The notes under the pieces are model-generated. The model saw only the letters and a list, made by a program, of their open reading frames with translations, was not told where the DNA came from and made no database searches. This document shows, in pieces, positions 62,012 to 64,000 of a DNA stretch of 64,000 nucleotides. The position numbers and the translations under genes were made by a program. Source of the stretch: an uncultured virus (IMG/VR IMGVR_UViG_3300035505_000652). Lineage: Duplodnaviria; Heunggongvirae; Uroviricota; Caudoviricetes. Location of the stretch: IMG/VR virus record IMGVR_UViG_3300035505_000652; one strand, 5' to 3'. Within the stretch, counting starts at the first letter, position 1. Every line of letters starts with the position of its first letter.

Positions 62012-63526
62012 ATGGAGGAATTAGGTATGGATATCAAGGAAAGTATTAAGGAAAATGTAAAGATTATAGGCTTTTCCAATGAAGATGAATACAATTATAT
62101 GTTGAAGCAGATATATACAGAAACCCAGTCAAGAAATCCTGTTATTGTTGATGGCGGATTTGATATACCAAGCAATGCACAGGTCATTTTAAGCGTTCAA
62201 AGCAGCCTTCACACAATGAACTTGAATGCCTTGCAAAAAGATGACATTATTTTGACGAACAATATTTTATTAAACATGAGGATACAGTCAGCCATATTGG
62301 AAATATTGCAGCCGTTATTGTTGAGGGATTATAAAAGCCAGATAATAAAGGAGAATTTCTTTGTGAAACATATTGTCTGGATATATGAAAGGATTAATGA
62401 AGTTGATTGGGAGAAGTTTGAACATCCAACTTTGATATATTTTGGGGACTCAAATGAAGATGATGAAATCCATTTAAAGATATTAAACAAGATTGGCTTC
62501 CATATCATATACATCAATCCAAGAATGAACAAAGATAATCCATTTTACAAGGAATTTGACATTAAAAATGAAATCATCCTTCCCAATTATGCAAATCCAG
62601 ACAAATTCATGGTAAGGGTGGCAAGGGCTAAAGAAATCCCCAAGCAGCAGAATGAGGTTATTCAGACAGTTGCAAAGAAAGCAAAGGATGAATTTTCAAA
62701 TACGATATATAAGAATGGAATGGTATTCAAGCCTTGGCAGTTCAGAAAGGGCTATACCAAGCCTATATATATAGATGCGGTTGTTGAGGATATCAAGACT
62801 TATTGGGACCAAGATGCCCGTTTCAGGGAGGGTTTCAAGGTTGAGGATAATGGAGGTTATGAAACGCTATATATCCCTAATTTTTTTACCAAGATAAATG
62901 GAAGCTTGTTCAACAAGGCGGAATTCCATGAATTGGTTGATTTTACAAAGGGGACGCAGCTTACAAATTTCGCCATGACAACCTATTTAATATCTTCAAA
63001 CTTTTCAAAGGAGGATATGTTTAGCTTGATGTTCGTCATGGATTATGACAAGGTTGACTTTGAAAAGGTAAGGCAGCACAAATTATACCAATTGGGAAGG
63101 GTTAACATGGACACCCAAAGATTTATTATAAATAAATATAATGAGTTTGCTATGAAATTTAAAAATTCAATCCAACAAATAGACTTAATACATTTGCTTG
63201 CATCCCTTATAAGCGACACTTCATATATAAAGCTTGTAGAGAATTTTGATTTCCCATTCAGAATACCCAAGCTTGTAATATATTTGAAGGGCAGGGAGGC
63301 ATTTGACTTAAACAATAGTCTGTTTATACACTTCCTTAACCTTATAGGATTGGATATATTGATTTACAACCCTACAGGCGCGGAATCCATTGAAGATAAT
63401 TTGTTTGGAAATTATTTGAATATCATCAACTTGGATGAAATGAATTTTGATTTAAGTTATGAGGAATTGCAGACATATATCCCAGCAGGGAAAAAGGTAG
63501 GCTTCTTTAAAAAATTATTTGGATAA
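62012..63526 (+). CDS. YceG-like protein (Ter-cluster associated)
   Basis: FKPWQF, ARFREGF, IPNFFTKING, FDFPFRIPKLVIY, GLDILIYNPTG. Confidence 0.75.
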   Translation: MEELGMDIKESIKENVKIIGFSNEDEYNYMLKQIYTETQSRNPVIVDGGFDIPSNAQVILSVQSSLHTMNLNALQKDDIILTNNILLNMRIQSAILEILQPLLLRDYKSQIIKENFFVKHIVWIYERINEVDWEKFEHPTLIYFGDSNEDDEIHLKILNKIGFHIIYINPRMNKDNPFYKEFDIKNEIILPNYANPDKFMVRVARAKEIPKQQNEVIQTVAKKAKDEFSNTIYKNGMVFKPWQFRKGYTKPIYIDAVVEDIKTYWDQDARFREGFKVEDNGGYETLYIPNFFTKINGSLFNKAEFHELVDFTKGTQLTNFAMTTYLISSNFSKEDMFSLMFVMDYDKVDFEKVRQHKLYQLGRVNMDTQRFIINKYNEFAMKFKNSIQQIDLIHLLASLISDTSYIKLVENFDFPFRIPKLVIYLKGREAFDLNNSLFIHFLNLIGLDILIYNPTGAESIEDNLFGNYLNIINLDEMNFDLSYEELQTYIPAGKKVGFFKKLFG

Positions 63527-63592
63527 GAAAAACAGCCGTCACTTTCACAGTGATGGCTATTTTTTAATGGATTAAATTATTTTTTAATATGT

Positions 63593-64000
63593 TTAATAAT
63601 CCTCCATGTCTTCCATTAATTCAGACAGGGCTTGGTAGGAACACATTTCAATATTCAAACTCCATCCAGAATACTCATCATGGGTTAATGAATATGGGAC
63701 AAGGAATTGATGGGTTTTGTTCACATTGCTTATTTCCAAGTATTTGTTTAAAAGGAAGCTGTGCAAATTGATTTGCTTGTTGTTTTCCCAAGACGTAGCA
63801 TCAAAGAATTGTTCGCCAAAGCTGCTTAGATTGTAATTATTAATCGCCCCTATTATAAAATAAAGCTTGTCAATGTTTGGGTTTTCCTGCTTAAATTCCT
63901 TTAAATTGAATGATAAGGTTTTTGTGTCCATGTCGCAATATTTAATCACGCTTTCATTATCCACGCCGATTGCCATTAATTTAACATATTGTGACGAGCC
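63593..64000 (-). CDS. hypothetical protein, probably truncated by the window edge
   Basis: reading frame runs towards the window end. Confidence 0.55.
   Translation of the reverse strand, partial: GSSQYVKLMAIGVDNESVIKYCDMDTKTLSFNLKEFKQENPNIDKLYFIIGAINNYNLSSFGEQFFDATSWENNKQINLHSFLLNKYLEISNVNKTHQFLVPYSLTHDEYSGWSLNIEMCSYQALSELMEDMEDY

Noticed and set aside
1..64000. Alternative genetic code or suppressor tRNAs
   Set aside because: Known proteins are full length in code 11 and none of the 8 anticodons reads a stop codon

Overview
AT-rich (about 30% GC by eye) Firmicute-type (Clostridia/Lachnospiraceae-like) DNA that reads like a large extrachromosomal element (megaplasmid or giant-phage-like) rather than a core chromosome. 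Mostly monocistronic accessory genes, many with their own sigma-A promoter and terminator, alternate with long non-coding spacers built from recurring repeat families. Recognisable genes: ABC exporter, two radical SAM proteins, FtsH, MBL/beta-CASP nuclease, DHFR, tandem MazF-fold protein, two CapA-family proteins, prepilin peptidase, CpaE/MinD-like ATPase, type I R-M hsdM and hsdR without an intact hsdS, a C5 DNA methyltransferase, Thg1, a stand-alone intein-like protein, glucosaminidase, GT2, TerD/vWA/YceG proteins, 5'-3' exonuclease, PBP1A, and 8 tRNA genes. Top observations: (1) a circularly permuted C5-MTase followed by a slippery heptamer plus hairpin that would add an extra target-recognition-like module by -1 frameshifting; (2) a tRNA operon behind a leader peptide and terminator, with leader codons matching the tRNAs, plus two copies of an unannotated structured RNA; (3) a periodic intergenic architecture of strand-polarised 67-70 bp repeats, covarying 26-bp palindromes and a duplicated 260-bp element; (4) several enzyme folds with degenerate catalytic motifs. 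Protein calls come from recognising motifs by eye; no searches were run.
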